A DNA stretch of 64,000 nt from an uncultured Planctomycetota bacterium (GTDB lineage: Bacteria > Planctomycetota > Planctomycetia > Pirellulales > Lacipirellulaceae). The notes under the pieces were generated by a model. The model was not told the origin of the DNA. It worked only from the letters and a program-made list of their open reading frames with translations, and did not search any database. How positions within the stretch are numbered: the stretch's first letter is position 1; every line of letters begins with the position of its first letter. The translations under genes were made by a program, and so were the position numbers. Where the stretch lies: assembly GCA_963719315.1 (NCBI GenBank), contig CAVRBU010000002.1, forward strand, positions 672,001 through 736,000, given 5' to 3'. Below are positions 1-9,536 of this stretch, in pieces.

Positions 1-616
1 GGCCGCCGCCGCGCCGGAGCAGGAGGAAAACCTGTGGATCGCCGCGTCGCACATTGATCTCGCCGCGGCTGAAGTCGAGCTGGCCGGCGTCGTCGGCCGC
101 GAAGTCATCCTCCGCGATAAGCTGGCCGAAGCCGAAAAGGACTTCGACTACATCCTCATCGATTGCCCGCCGTCGCTCGGCATCCTCACGATCAACGCCC
201 TGGCCGCCGTCGATGATGTCTTCCTGCCGCTGCAGCCGCATTTCCTCGCGTTGCACGGTTTGTCGAAGCTATTGAAAACGATCGGCCTGGTGAACAATCG
301 CCTCAACGACCGCCTGTCGCTCGCCGGCGTTGTGCTCTGTTTGTACGAATCGGGAACGAAGCTGGCCGCCGAAGTCAGTAAAGACGTCGAGCTGTTCTTC
401 AAGGAAGCCCGCAAGGGCAACCCCGCGTGGAGCAACGTGCGGCTGTTCGAAACCCGCATCCGCCGCAACATCCGCCTCGCCGAATCGCCCAGCTTCGGCC
501 AATCGATCTTCCAATACGCCGGCGGCTCGCCGGGCGCCGAAGACTATCGCGCCCTCGGCGGCGAAGTGCTCGCCTACTACGCAGGCCGGCAACTGCTGGA
601 ATCCGCAGCCGCATAG
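1..616 (+). CDS. parA: ParA/Soj family ATPase (5' part outside window)
   Basis: Frame from position 2 reads HIDLAAAEVELAG...DYILIDCPPSLGILTINALAA...IRRNIRLAESPSFGQSIFQY, continuous with ORF 251..616; typical Soj/ParA motifs. Confidence 0.9.
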   Translation, partial: AAAAPEQEENLWIAASHIDLAAAEVELAGVVGREVILRDKLAEAEKDFDYILIDCPPSLGILTINALAAVDDVFLPLQPHFLALHGLSKLLKTIGLVNNRLNDRLSLAGVVLCLYESGTKLAAEVSKDVELFFKEARKGNPAWSNVRLFETRIRRNIRLAESPSFGQSIFQYAGGSPGAEDYRALGGEVLAYYAGRQLLESAAA

Positions 617-628
617 CGGCAAGGCGTA

Positions 629-683
629 AGTCATCAGCCATCAACTCCGAACGAACAACGGACTCCCCACTCCCCACTCCCCC
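629..683. repeat. Degenerate heptamer tandem array
   Basis: AGTCATC AGCCATC AACTCCG AACGAAC AACGGAC TCCCCAC TCCCCAC TCCCCC fills most of the intergenic gap with 7-nt periodicity. Confidence 0.55.
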
Positions 684-1256
684 ATGTCCGCCCTCATCAT
701 CGTCGACATCCAAAACGATTACTTCCCCGGCGGCCGCATGCCGCTCCACGAGATCGAGCGGGCCGCGGCCAACGCCGCCAAGCTCCTCGACCACTTCCGC
801 ATCACCGGCCAAAAAACGTTCCACATCCAACACACCTGGGCCGACCCCGCCGCTCCGTTCTTCGTGGAAAACACGCCGGGCGCCGCCATCCACGACTCCG
901 TCGCCCCGCGCCCGGGCGAGCCGGTCGTGGTGAAGCACTTCCCCAACAGCTTCCGCGAATCCAATTTGCTGGACGAACTCCGCCGCGCGGGCACGAAACA
1001 ACTCACGATTTGCGGCGCGATGAGCCACATGTGCATCGACGCCACCACCCGCGCCGCCGCCGACCTGGGCTTCGATTGCACGGTCGCCCACGACGCCTGC
1101 GCCACCCGCGACGTCGATTTTCAAGGCCAAACAGTCCCCGCCAAGGACGTCCACTCGGCCTTCATGTCGGCGCTAGGCTTCGCCTACGCAAAAGTGCTGC
1201 CAACCAAAGAAGTGCTCCGCACTACTCCCTCTCCCTCCGGAACAGGGCCGGTGTGA
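684..1256 (+). CDS. Isochorismatase/cysteine hydrolase family protein
   Basis: ALIIVDIQNDYF, VVKHFPNSF, GAMSHMCIDATTRAA (D-K-C triad). Confidence 0.92.
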   Translation: MSALIIVDIQNDYFPGGRMPLHEIERAAANAAKLLDHFRITGQKTFHIQHTWADPAAPFFVENTPGAAIHDSVAPRPGEPVVVKHFPNSFRESNLLDELRRAGTKQLTICGAMSHMCIDATTRAAADLGFDCTVAHDACATRDVDFQGQTVPAKDVHSAFMSALGFAYAKVLPTKEVLRTTPSPSGTGPV

Positions 1257-1447
1257 GGATGCCTTGATCCCTTTCCCTCCGGGAGAGTGCCGGGTTGCTC
1301 GGAACTCGCCGTGGCGAGGTGAGGGCGCCTTGATCCCTCTCCCTCCCAGGGAGAGGCCAGGTGAGGGTTCGCACTTCTGGCTAACAGTGCCCACCAACGA
1401 AGTGCTCCGCACTACTCCCTCTCCCTCCCAGGGAGAGGTCAGGTGAG
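1226..1447. repeat. Four copies of a palindromic repeat (TCCCTCTCCCTCC..GGGAGAGG..AGGTGAGGG)
   Basis: Copies start near 1226, 1268, 1334 and 1416; the first two are degenerate. Confidence 0.75.
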
Positions 1448-1456
1448 CGTCCCTAA

Positions 1457-1551
1457 TTCTGGCTAACAGCTAATAGCTAACAGCTAACAGCTTTTCCTGT
1501 CAGGGTTCCTCCTTCTGGCTAACAGCTAATAGCTCATAGCTAACAGCTTCC
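1457..1551. repeat. Heptamer (GCTAACA/GCTAATA) tandem repeats, two blocks each led by TTCTG
   Basis: ttctggctaacagctaatagctaacagctaacagc (from 1457) and cttctggctaacagctaatagctcatagctaacagcttcc (1512-1551). Confidence 0.85.
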
Positions 1552-1739
1552 ATCGACGTGATTCCTGGCGGCATCCTCTGCATCATTGATCGGCCCTGCT
1601 TGAACCTCCTTCGCGCTCATCCTCGCCGCTCGGTTCTCGACAACTTCTCCACACACTATGCCCGCGTTGCGCATCCGGCTAAACTTGATTGCGATCGTTC
1701 GCTCATGTTCGCGAGCCGAGGCCTCACCTACTACGAGAA

Positions 1740-1824
1740 GTAGGTCCCGCTTGCCGAGCGGGACCCCGGAAAGCGTGCGGACGACGAATTCAGGCCGAGG
1801 TCCCTTCCGGCAGAAGGGACCTAC
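1740..1824. repeat. REP doublet (REPIN-like), GTAG class, copy 1
   Basis: GTAG-GTCCCGCTTGCCGAGCGGGACC ... GGTCCCTTCCGGCAGAAGGGAC-CTAC: two inverted GTAG-footed hairpins. Confidence 0.85.
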
Positions 1825-1919
1825 TAAGACTTTTGGGCAAGGCCCGCCAACTACTTGACATCTGTTCACCTTAATCGGTAAAACAACGGACGCGATTTTC
1901 GCGGGAGGAGACCCGACCG

Positions 1920-3630
1920 ATGCCGGTGCTGCAATTCAAAGGCAAAACGGCGGTGGAAAACTACCACCACACCGTGCCGCACCATCGGCTGGAGTTCGAC
2001 GCCAAGCTCTCGCTGTTGGCCAAGGGCGAAAAGCCATCGCTCGACGGCAACCTCATCATCGAGGGCGACAACCTGCTCGCCCTCAAAGCCCTGCTGCCGA
2101 CCCACGCCGGCCGCGTCAAGTGCATCTACATCGACCCGCCCTACAACACCGGCAACGAGGGCTGGGTCTACAACGACAACCTCACGCAGCCGCAATTCAA
2201 GGAATGGATCGGCCGCACCGTCGGCAAAGAAGGCGAAGACGCCTGCCGCCACGATAAATGGTGCTGCATGATGTACCCAAGGCTGACGTTGCTGCGGGAG
2301 TTGCTGCGCGAAGATGGGTCGATCTGGGTGAGTATCGATGACAATGAGGCGGATGACTTACGCTGTATTATGAACGAAGTATTTGGGAATGACTGTTTCG
2401 CAGCTCAGGTTGCCGTTCTGAACAACCGCAAAGGTCGCGGCCTGCGAGGTGGATTCGCAAAGAGTCACGATTACATAATGGTTTATACCAAGAAGCCCGA
2501 CGGGTGCCGCTTTGAAACGGAAAAATCTAAAGCTCAAGTTGCAGCAGAATATCCAGAAAGAGACGATATCAGCGTCTTTCGATGGCTCGAACTTCGAAAT
2601 ACCCATCGGGAATTTGGCAAGCATAATCGAAAGAATCTTTGGTTCTCGCTTTATGTCAATAAAGCCAATGGATCTGTGAGCCTGATTGGTAAGCGAGGTG
2701 CAGAAGAAATCCTTCCAGTTTGGGAAGATGGCTACAAGGGATGCTGGAGTTGGAGCACAAAGAAGGTTAAACAACAGCCCTTGGACTTGATCGGTCGGAA
2801 GGTGAATGGCAGATGGAAAATCTACAAAAAATCGCGGCCAACACCTCGTAAGCCAAAATCATTATGGCATAAGAAAGGCTACCTAACTGAGCGTGGGCAG
2901 AAATTGCTTACACGAATTTTCGGGAAGCGAGTTTTTCACGCGCCAAAGCCATTAGACCTAATTGTCGAGATCTTGCGGTTCGGCTCTATACCCGGCGACC
3001 TCGTGTTGGATGCAACAGCTGGCTCTGGCACTAGTGGCCACGCTGTGCTGCAACTGAATTCGGAGGGCGAATTTCCGAGAAAATTCGTGCTAATTCAACA
3101 GCCATGCGATTCAAAGAAAGACGCAGAGGAGAACGTCAATATTTGCAAAGATATCACCGCGAAACGTATTCGGCACGTAATTTGCGCAGAGAGAGAGAGA
3201 GAGAGATGCAAGCCCCGTGCCAAAAGCGCAATTCACTTATGCTCGCGTAGGTGATCCATTGTTCGGCGAATACAAAGACTTCGGCGGCAAGCTGCCGCCT
3301 TATGAGGACATCGCCAAGTACGTCTTCTACACCGAAACGAGCCACGAGTTTCCCGGGACGACGAAGAAACAAAACCCGGCCTGGGACAAAGCCGCCGGCC
3401 GCATCGGCGAGCACGCCGGGCGGTCCTATTACCTGTTGTACGAACCGAACGAACGGGAAGACCGCGGCCTGGACCGCGCGTTCCTGAACAAGGTCGCCAC
3501 GAAAGACCCGAATCGCGAGCTGGTCGTCTATTGCGAACGCATCGCCGTGCACCAGGACGAACTGCGAAAATTCCACCGCGAGCACGGCAAACGAATCCGC
3601 CCCATGCTCGTGCCATTCAATCTGAAATGA
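1920..3630 (+). CDS. mod: Type III R-M DNA methyltransferase Mod (beta class), frame broken at an (AG)n tract
   Basis: IEGDNLLALK, IYIDPPYNTG, PKPLDLI, LDATAGSGTSGHA in 1920..3254; Mod-like C-terminus FTYARVGDPLF continues in ORF 3217..3630 in another frame. Confidence 0.9.
3188..3206 (+). repeat. Simple sequence repeat (AG)9A inside mod
   Basis: agagagagagagagagaga at 3188-3206, translated ERERER, directly at the frame break. Confidence 0.95.
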
Positions 3631-3645
3631 AAATCACGCAAGCAA

Positions 3646-3706
3646 GACGCGCTCCCCTTCGGGTCGCGGCTAAACGGTTTAGCCGCGACCCGAAGGGGAG
3701 CGCGTC
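3646..3706. repeat. Perfect 30-bp inverted repeat with 1-nt spacer
   Basis: GACGCGCTCCCCTTCGGGTCGCGGCTAAAC-G-GTTTAGCCGCGACCCGAAGGGGAGCGCGTC. Confidence 0.95.
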
Positions 3707-3732
3707 CGCAACGATCCATGGGAGGTGTCCGC

Positions 3733-4365
3733 ATGGTTCTTGCATCACACGTCGTCATCGGAATTTACGGTTTCTGGCTTCCCAACGACGAACGCGGATC
3801 ATGGTCAGATTTTGTCGGGTCGTGGGAACTGCTGCGTTTTGGCAAGGCGACCACCGTCCGGGTGAGGCACTCGCTCGCCCGACAACCCTTTGATCCGGCC
3901 AAGCGTGCGGCCGCATTGGCCGCACTCAAATATCCCCCCGTGGCGCTAACGGGATTACAAGCACGGGCAATTGGCGCCGGGTTCGCCGAGTACGCCGGCA
4001 GAATTGGGTTATCGATTTTGGCCTGTGCAATCCTGCCGAAGCACGTTCACCTAGTATTGGCACGCCATCGTCAAACAGTTGAAGAACTGGCCAACCACTT
4101 GAAGGGCGCAGCGACGCGGCGGCTAATCGAAGAACAATTGCACCCCCTATCGGCTCATCAAGGCACGAAGCGCCGCCCGCCGAAAACATTTGCCCGCGGT
4201 CAGTGGAAGGTGTTCCTGGACTCAGCCGCCGATATCGAGCGGTCGATTCGTTACGTGCAGGGGAATCCTCGGCGCGAACATTTGCCGAGGCAGCGATGGT
4301 CTTTTGTCCGAGCCTATGATGCCGACTTGAGCCGCATGGTGCGTGAGTCTTCCCCATGCAATTAA
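3733..4365 (+). CDS. REP-associated tyrosine transposase-like protein (RAYT, HUH/Y1 superfamily)
   Basis: YGFWLPNDERGS N-terminus, HUH motif ILPKHVHLV, LKG, RYVQGNP (catalytic Tyr followed by NP); SD GGAGGT upstream of ATG 3733. Confidence 0.85.
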   Translation: MVLASHVVIGIYGFWLPNDERGSWSDFVGSWELLRFGKATTVRVRHSLARQPFDPAKRAAALAALKYPPVALTGLQARAIGAGFAEYAGRIGLSILACAILPKHVHLVLARHRQTVEELANHLKGAATRRLIEEQLHPLSAHQGTKRRPPKTFARGQWKVFLDSAADIERSIRYVQGNPRREHLPRQRWSFVRAYDADLSRMVRESSPCN

Positions 4366-6954
4366 AGGACTACCAGCAACGGGTCGTCGACGAGGTAACG
4401 CGCTACCTCCAGGCCGTGCTGCGCAAGCGCGAAACCGGCAACCTTAGGCACGCATCCCTTGACGCCTGGCAAAAGCTGTGCCTTGGCCCGTACTACGAAC
4501 AAACCAACCGACTCGGCGAGGACTATCCCAATTTCACGATCAAAGCGCCAACCGGCGCCGGTAAGACGGTTCTCGCGACCCAAGTGCTGGGCGTCATTTA
4601 TCAGACGATCCTCCAGGAGCGCAACGGCGCCGGTCTGGTCCTCTGGGTCGTTCCTTCCAGCCAGATTTACCGCGACACGCTCCGTCGGCTGAGCGACCGC
4701 GGCGACTGGTACCGGATCATGCTTGAGCACGCCGTTTCGCGCCGGATCGAAGTGTGGGAAAAGACCGATATCGCGCGGCTTACGCCCGTCAAGCTCCGCG
4801 ACAACTTGAACATCCTTATTGTTCAACTGGCTAGCACGAATCGTGAAACGGCCGAGCAACTGAAATTCGCTCGCGATTCCGGCGGCAATATCGTTCAGCA
4901 CTTCCCGCCCGAGGACGATGCCGAAGCCCATCGCAATCTCAAGGCCGAATTCTCCAATCTAGACATGATCGAGGATGATGTCGCAGCGCGGACGCCACTT
5001 GGCCGCTACGTCGATCCGCAATCTGGTCCGTATCTGCCGACCAGCCGTTATTCTCGACGAAGGCCATAAGGCTACGAGCCGCTTGGCGCGGCAAACGATC
5101 GCCGGATTCAACGCCTCCGTTCTCGTAGAGCTTTCGGCCACGCCCAAAGAATCTCGCAGCAACGGGTTTCGCCACATCCCGAATATTTTGTGCCGTGTCA
5201 GCGGATCCGAACTATTGCGCGAGCAGATGATCAAGTTGCCGCTGAATATCGCCACCTCAAACGAGCGCTCGTGGGAATCGACGCTCACCATGGCCCGCGA
5301 CAAACGTGTTTCTCTGGCGAGAACGGCCGGTGAGTTCGCGGCGCAGTCGCCGGACGAGCGAGCGATCCGCCCCATCGTGCTCGTACAAGTCGAGCGGACC
5401 GCGCCGACCAGCGCGGCCAGAAGATCGACGGACGATTGGCGATCCATGCGGACAACGTCAAAGAGTATCTGATGCAGCGCCTGGACGTGCCGGAAACCGC
5501 GATTGCCATCAAGACTTCCGCCCAGGACGACTTGAATGTGGAAGGCGTAAACCTCGACGATCCCGAATGTCCGATCGAATGGATTATCACCAAGAGCGCA
5601 CTGCAAGAGGGGTGGGACTGCCCGTTCGCATACATTCTGGCGTCACTGAACAACACCGGCAGCGGACAGGCAATGACTCAGTTAGTGGGACGTATTCTGC
5701 GCCAGCCGTATCAAGAAAAGACTCCGTTTGAGGCGCTGAACGAAAGCTACGTATACTGCCTGCACAAGCGGGCGTCGACCATCGCGGAGGAAGTAAAAGG
5801 CGCCTGGAAGACGAAGGCTACGAAGGAGACGCACTGGGGCTCGTGATCGACGCGACCGGTGACGAACGTCAGTCGGCGACTCGCGAAATTCGCGTGCGCA
5901 GCGAATTCTCGCAAATGTATCCCCAGTTCGAAGGCAAGATTTACCTGCCGCATTTTTGCGTGAAGACAGGTCGCAACTACGAGCCGCTAGATTACTTCGA
6001 ACATCTACTGACCGAATTGAATGTCGATGCATTCCAGTACGACGAGATATCCAGTGAACGTTGGCACCTGGCCAAAGTAGCCAATGAAGCCAAGGACCGC
6101 TTCTACAAGTGGACATTGGGGCAATCGGAGCTTGAGCCACCACGAGTCCGATGTTGATCAATGGGAAGACGATGCGCGAGTATTGAATTGGCTCGTCGCC
6201 AGTCTTCCGTTCGATTGCATCAGCTTCAAGAAGCTGCGGAGAATCGTCGCCCGGATTTACGAGCGGCCTCCGCGCCGCCGAATTGCCCCACATGGTCGAA
6301 GGTCGCCTCGCCTGATTAAGACGGCAGTCCGCGATAGGGTCGCTCGCTTCATCCAGGAGCAAGTGGACCAGCAAACCGAAGCGGTATTCCGCCGCCTGTT
6401 CGACGCGGGTCGGTTGGTTTTCTACTTGGAATGCGCCGCATGCCGTTTTCCGATTCCAAGTCGCGTGGCAATCAAAGCAACACGCCGGCTAGTGCACAAC
6501 GATGGCGAGCAGGTTCAAAAATCTCTGTTCGATTATGTAGAAGACGAACAACACAACGAATACGAGCGTGCCGTGGCGAATCACGATTGACCGGGACGAA
6601 AACGTGTTGTGGTGGTATCGCAATCTAATCGGCGACGACCAGTTTGCCATCCAGGGGTATCGTCGGCATCGCATTCGGCCCGATTTTGTCGTACAGGATA
6701 GGGCCCAGCGGAAGCCTCACCATCGCGTGATCGTACTCGAAAGCAAAGGCAAACATCTGGATTCGAATCCCGACACCACCTACAAACGCAACGTGGCGGA
6801 ATTACTCGAAAAAGTCGGCCACGAAGTCACTTGGCAGCAACTCGGCGAAGATTTTAAGGACCATATCTTCCGCTTCCAGATACTCGACGAGGCGCAGCCG
6901 CACGGCAGCGATTGGAGCAACGCGCTCAAGGAGATTTTGAACGCCGCCGATTGA
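4356..6954 (+). pseudogene. res: Type III restriction endonuclease Res subunit, split by at least 5 frameshifts (pseudogene or sequencing errors)
   Basis: Ordered fragments carry MQLKDYQ, KAPTGAGKT, ILDEGHK, ELSATP, LQEGWDCP, QLVGRILRQP and nuclease PDF...LESKG. Confidence 0.85.
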
Positions 6955-7064
6955 ATTGCTGGTGGCCAAAAATCGCACCTATCAATCCGTACACCATCTG
7001 CTACATTCAAACTCACGCCGGATCCCGCGGCGTTGGATCTTTGGCAATTTAGCAGAAGTTCCCA

Positions 7065-7148
7065 GTAGGTCCCGCTTGCCGAGCGGGACCTCAGTGGCCT
7101 TGCGCACGCTCCACCTGCACAGAGGCCCTTCCGGCAGAAGGGACCTAC
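7065..7148. repeat. REP doublet (REPIN-like), GTAG class, copy 2
   Basis: Left REP identical to 1740-1765; right REP differs from copy 1 by one missing T; spacer differs. Confidence 0.85.
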
Positions 7149-7561
7149 TAGCAAACCGTGCCAGAAACGTGACAGGATCGTGCAACTTTGTGAGTAAAGT
7201 CGTCTACTTTTGCACCGACCCAGCTCACGCCGACGCACGATTTCCCGAACGATTCACGCGCGACGCGGTGCGAAAGTAGTGAATTTTGCACGCCAGAAAA
7301 AAAATTTCATCGGTCGCGCACAACTCAAACCCTAGCGCAGCAAGTAGTTGCAACCTCAGTGCGAAACACCCCCTCGCGCAAAACTCGGCCCGCCCATGAA
7401 AACAAGCTGTTTTCGCCAACTGTTTTGCACGCCCTGCGCGCATTCCGAATTTCGAACGAAGCACCAAGCGCCAGCGGCATTGCCCCAACATTCGCAATTG
7501 GCCGCCTCATCCCAGCCACCCGCCGTACCCTGACCTCTGACCACCAACCTCCACACAGCGC

Positions 7562-7603
7562 AAAAAAAACCTCGGCCGGCGGGATCCCTCCCACCGGCCG
7601 AGG
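7562..7603 (-). terminator. Rho-independent terminator of the beta-barrel gene
   Basis: Minus strand CCTCGGCCGG-T-GGGA(GGGA)TCCC-G-CCGGCCGAGG followed by T8. Confidence 0.85.
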
Positions 7604-7618
7604 ATGTTCATCATCAAA

Positions 7619-7651
7619 CTTCTGGCTAACAGCTAAGAGCTAACAGCTTCC
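7619..7651. repeat. Heptamer repeat block matching 1512-1551
   Basis: cttctggctaacagctaagagctaacagcttcc, one unit shorter than the upstream block. Confidence 0.85.
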
Positions 7652-7665
7652 CACGAACAGCTTCG

Positions 7666-9536
7666 TTAATACCGGCACTCGACGCCGGTCTGCAAGCCGT
7701 GCACGATCATCGAGTTATCCGAGTTGATGTTCGCGACATCGGCCCGGCTGCTGAACTGGTCGGGAATCTGTCCGACCGAGGTGGCAATGCCGGTGAGGGC
7801 CACAGCCCGGTAGGCCAGCACGCCGCGCCAATGGCAGGTCACGTCGTACGAACCGCCGACCCGCAATTCGCCCAAGAACGCGACTCTGTCCTTGCTGCTG
7901 CGGACCGTGAACGATTCGCCCGTGCCGGCGAACTGGACCGTACCGCCGCCGCCGCTCCACATCCGTTGGAATTGCGTCATGTGGTTGTTGAAGATGCCGA
8001 ACGTCGAGTTGCAGAAGAAATTCCACTTGCAACCGACGCAGTAGTTGCTTGTCCAACCGAACTGTGGACCGATCAAGTTGTTCTCGATTTGAATGTCGTA
8101 GCACAGCTCGTTGCTGTTGTCGTACGTGAAGCCGTTGTACGCGGCCTGGTCCGGCGCACCGCCGACCCATTCGAGAAACTCCGTGTCGTAGGCGAAGTCG
8201 TCGTCGATGCGGAAGTACCGCACGCCGCACGAACCGTAGCCCGAGTAGTTCACGGCCCAACGATCTTCGTCGCAATCGCACCCGGTGTTGCAGCCGCCGT
8301 TGCAACCGCAGGCGTCGCCGCCGCAGTTGCCTCCGCCGCAACCGGTGGCACAGGTGTCGCAAATCGGGAAGCGGATCACGTTCAGTTCCAGGTTCTGAAC
8401 CTTGAAGTCGGTCCACACACGTTGGGCCAACACCGAGGTGTAACCATCCGCCGGCGCGCCGGAGGAGTCTGAACCGGCATCTGGTAGTCGTAGTAATCGT
8501 TCACCGGCCGATAGGCGTAAGCCCCGCCGGCGCCGTCGCGATCGTACTGCAAACCTGAGAAGCTCTTATTGCTATACACGCGGGTGGTGACCTGATCTTG
8601 GAACACGTACGATTGAGCGTCGTTGTCGATACCCCACCAGCCGAATTCCCACGCGTACGTCGTCGGGCGGGCACAACTGTTGCAGCCGGTGTAGCCATAA
8701 CCGCTGCCGTAGCTATTGCAGTTATTGCAACCGTCGCCGATATGGAACGTGCTGCCGAAGCGAACTTCCACCCCGGGGCGGAAGTCGTAGCCGTTGTTTT
8801 CCGTCGATACGACCGTCGTGCTCTTCGGCGGATAGTACGGGTACGCCACGGCGCCGGAATCGACCTCAACGGCCAACCGCACGGGCGACGGCTCGTCGCG
8901 ATCCATGTACAGGAAGTACACGCCGCCGAACCAGATGATGTCGTTGCCGCAGTCGTCCATGTAGCCGCTGACATCGGGATACGAACCGTTGCATCCGCAG
9001 CCAGCGCCGCCGGCGCCGTAGTACTGGCCGGCCGAATAGCCGCCGGTGCCGCAATTGCAACCCGCAGCCGGGTAGCCGCTCGGCGCCGCGGTGCTTGGGG
9101 CCGCGGCGTTCGGGGCGCCTTGATCAGCCGCCGGCGTCGCTTCTTGAGCCGGCGCAGCGTCCTGCGGAGCGGGGATCGCTTCGGTCGGTTGTGTCTGGGC
9201 GACGTACGGCGTTCCACCGTACACGGCCGGATACTGGGCCATCGCCGTTTGCGGATACGCCACCGGCTGCCGATTGAATGCTGCCGCCGGCGACTGGTAC
9301 GGAGCGACCGGTGTTACCGGCGCTTGATATCGCGCGGACGGGGTTTGTGGATACGCCGGCTGAGTCTGGTAGGCAACGTACGGCGTCGCCGGTGCCGCGG
9401 CCGCTGGTTGCGGCGACGCGGATTGCGCCGGTGCCGGTCGATACGGAGCGTACTGCGCGGCGGCTGGATACACGCCCACGCCCGCCGCGATCGCCGCGGC
9501 AGCCGTCACTCGAATCCAAGCCAGATGGATTTTCAT
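7666..9536 (-). CDS. Planctomycete outer-membrane beta-barrel protein (BBP7-like), one frameshift near 8440
   Basis: Signal peptide, Pro/Ala/Gln-rich linker, Cys-Gly-rich patches, ENNLIGPQFG, AFLGELRVG, C-terminal HGLQTGVECRY; ORFs 8382..9536 and 7666..8433 overlap in different frames. Confidence 0.7.

Noticed and set aside
1..616. parA as evidence of a plasmid or prophage
   Set aside because: No parB, rep, integrase or phage genes follow; the surrounding content is chromosomal.
1194..1428. DGR template/variable repeat pair
   Set aside because: The duplication is only about 40 bp, differences are too few to show adenine-specific mutagenesis, and no reverse transcriptase is present.
1226..1551. 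Possible CRISPR array
   Set aside because: Units are degenerate, spacing is irregular, intervening sequences are themselves repeated, and no cas genes are in the window.
3733..4365. IS200/IS605 element with TnpB
   Set aside because: No tnpB is present, and the protein length and motifs fit RAYT-like proteins better than IS200 TnpA.
7324..7351. dif/Xer-like 11-6-11 site
   Set aside because: Arms show poor dyad symmetry and only a loose resemblance to the consensus.
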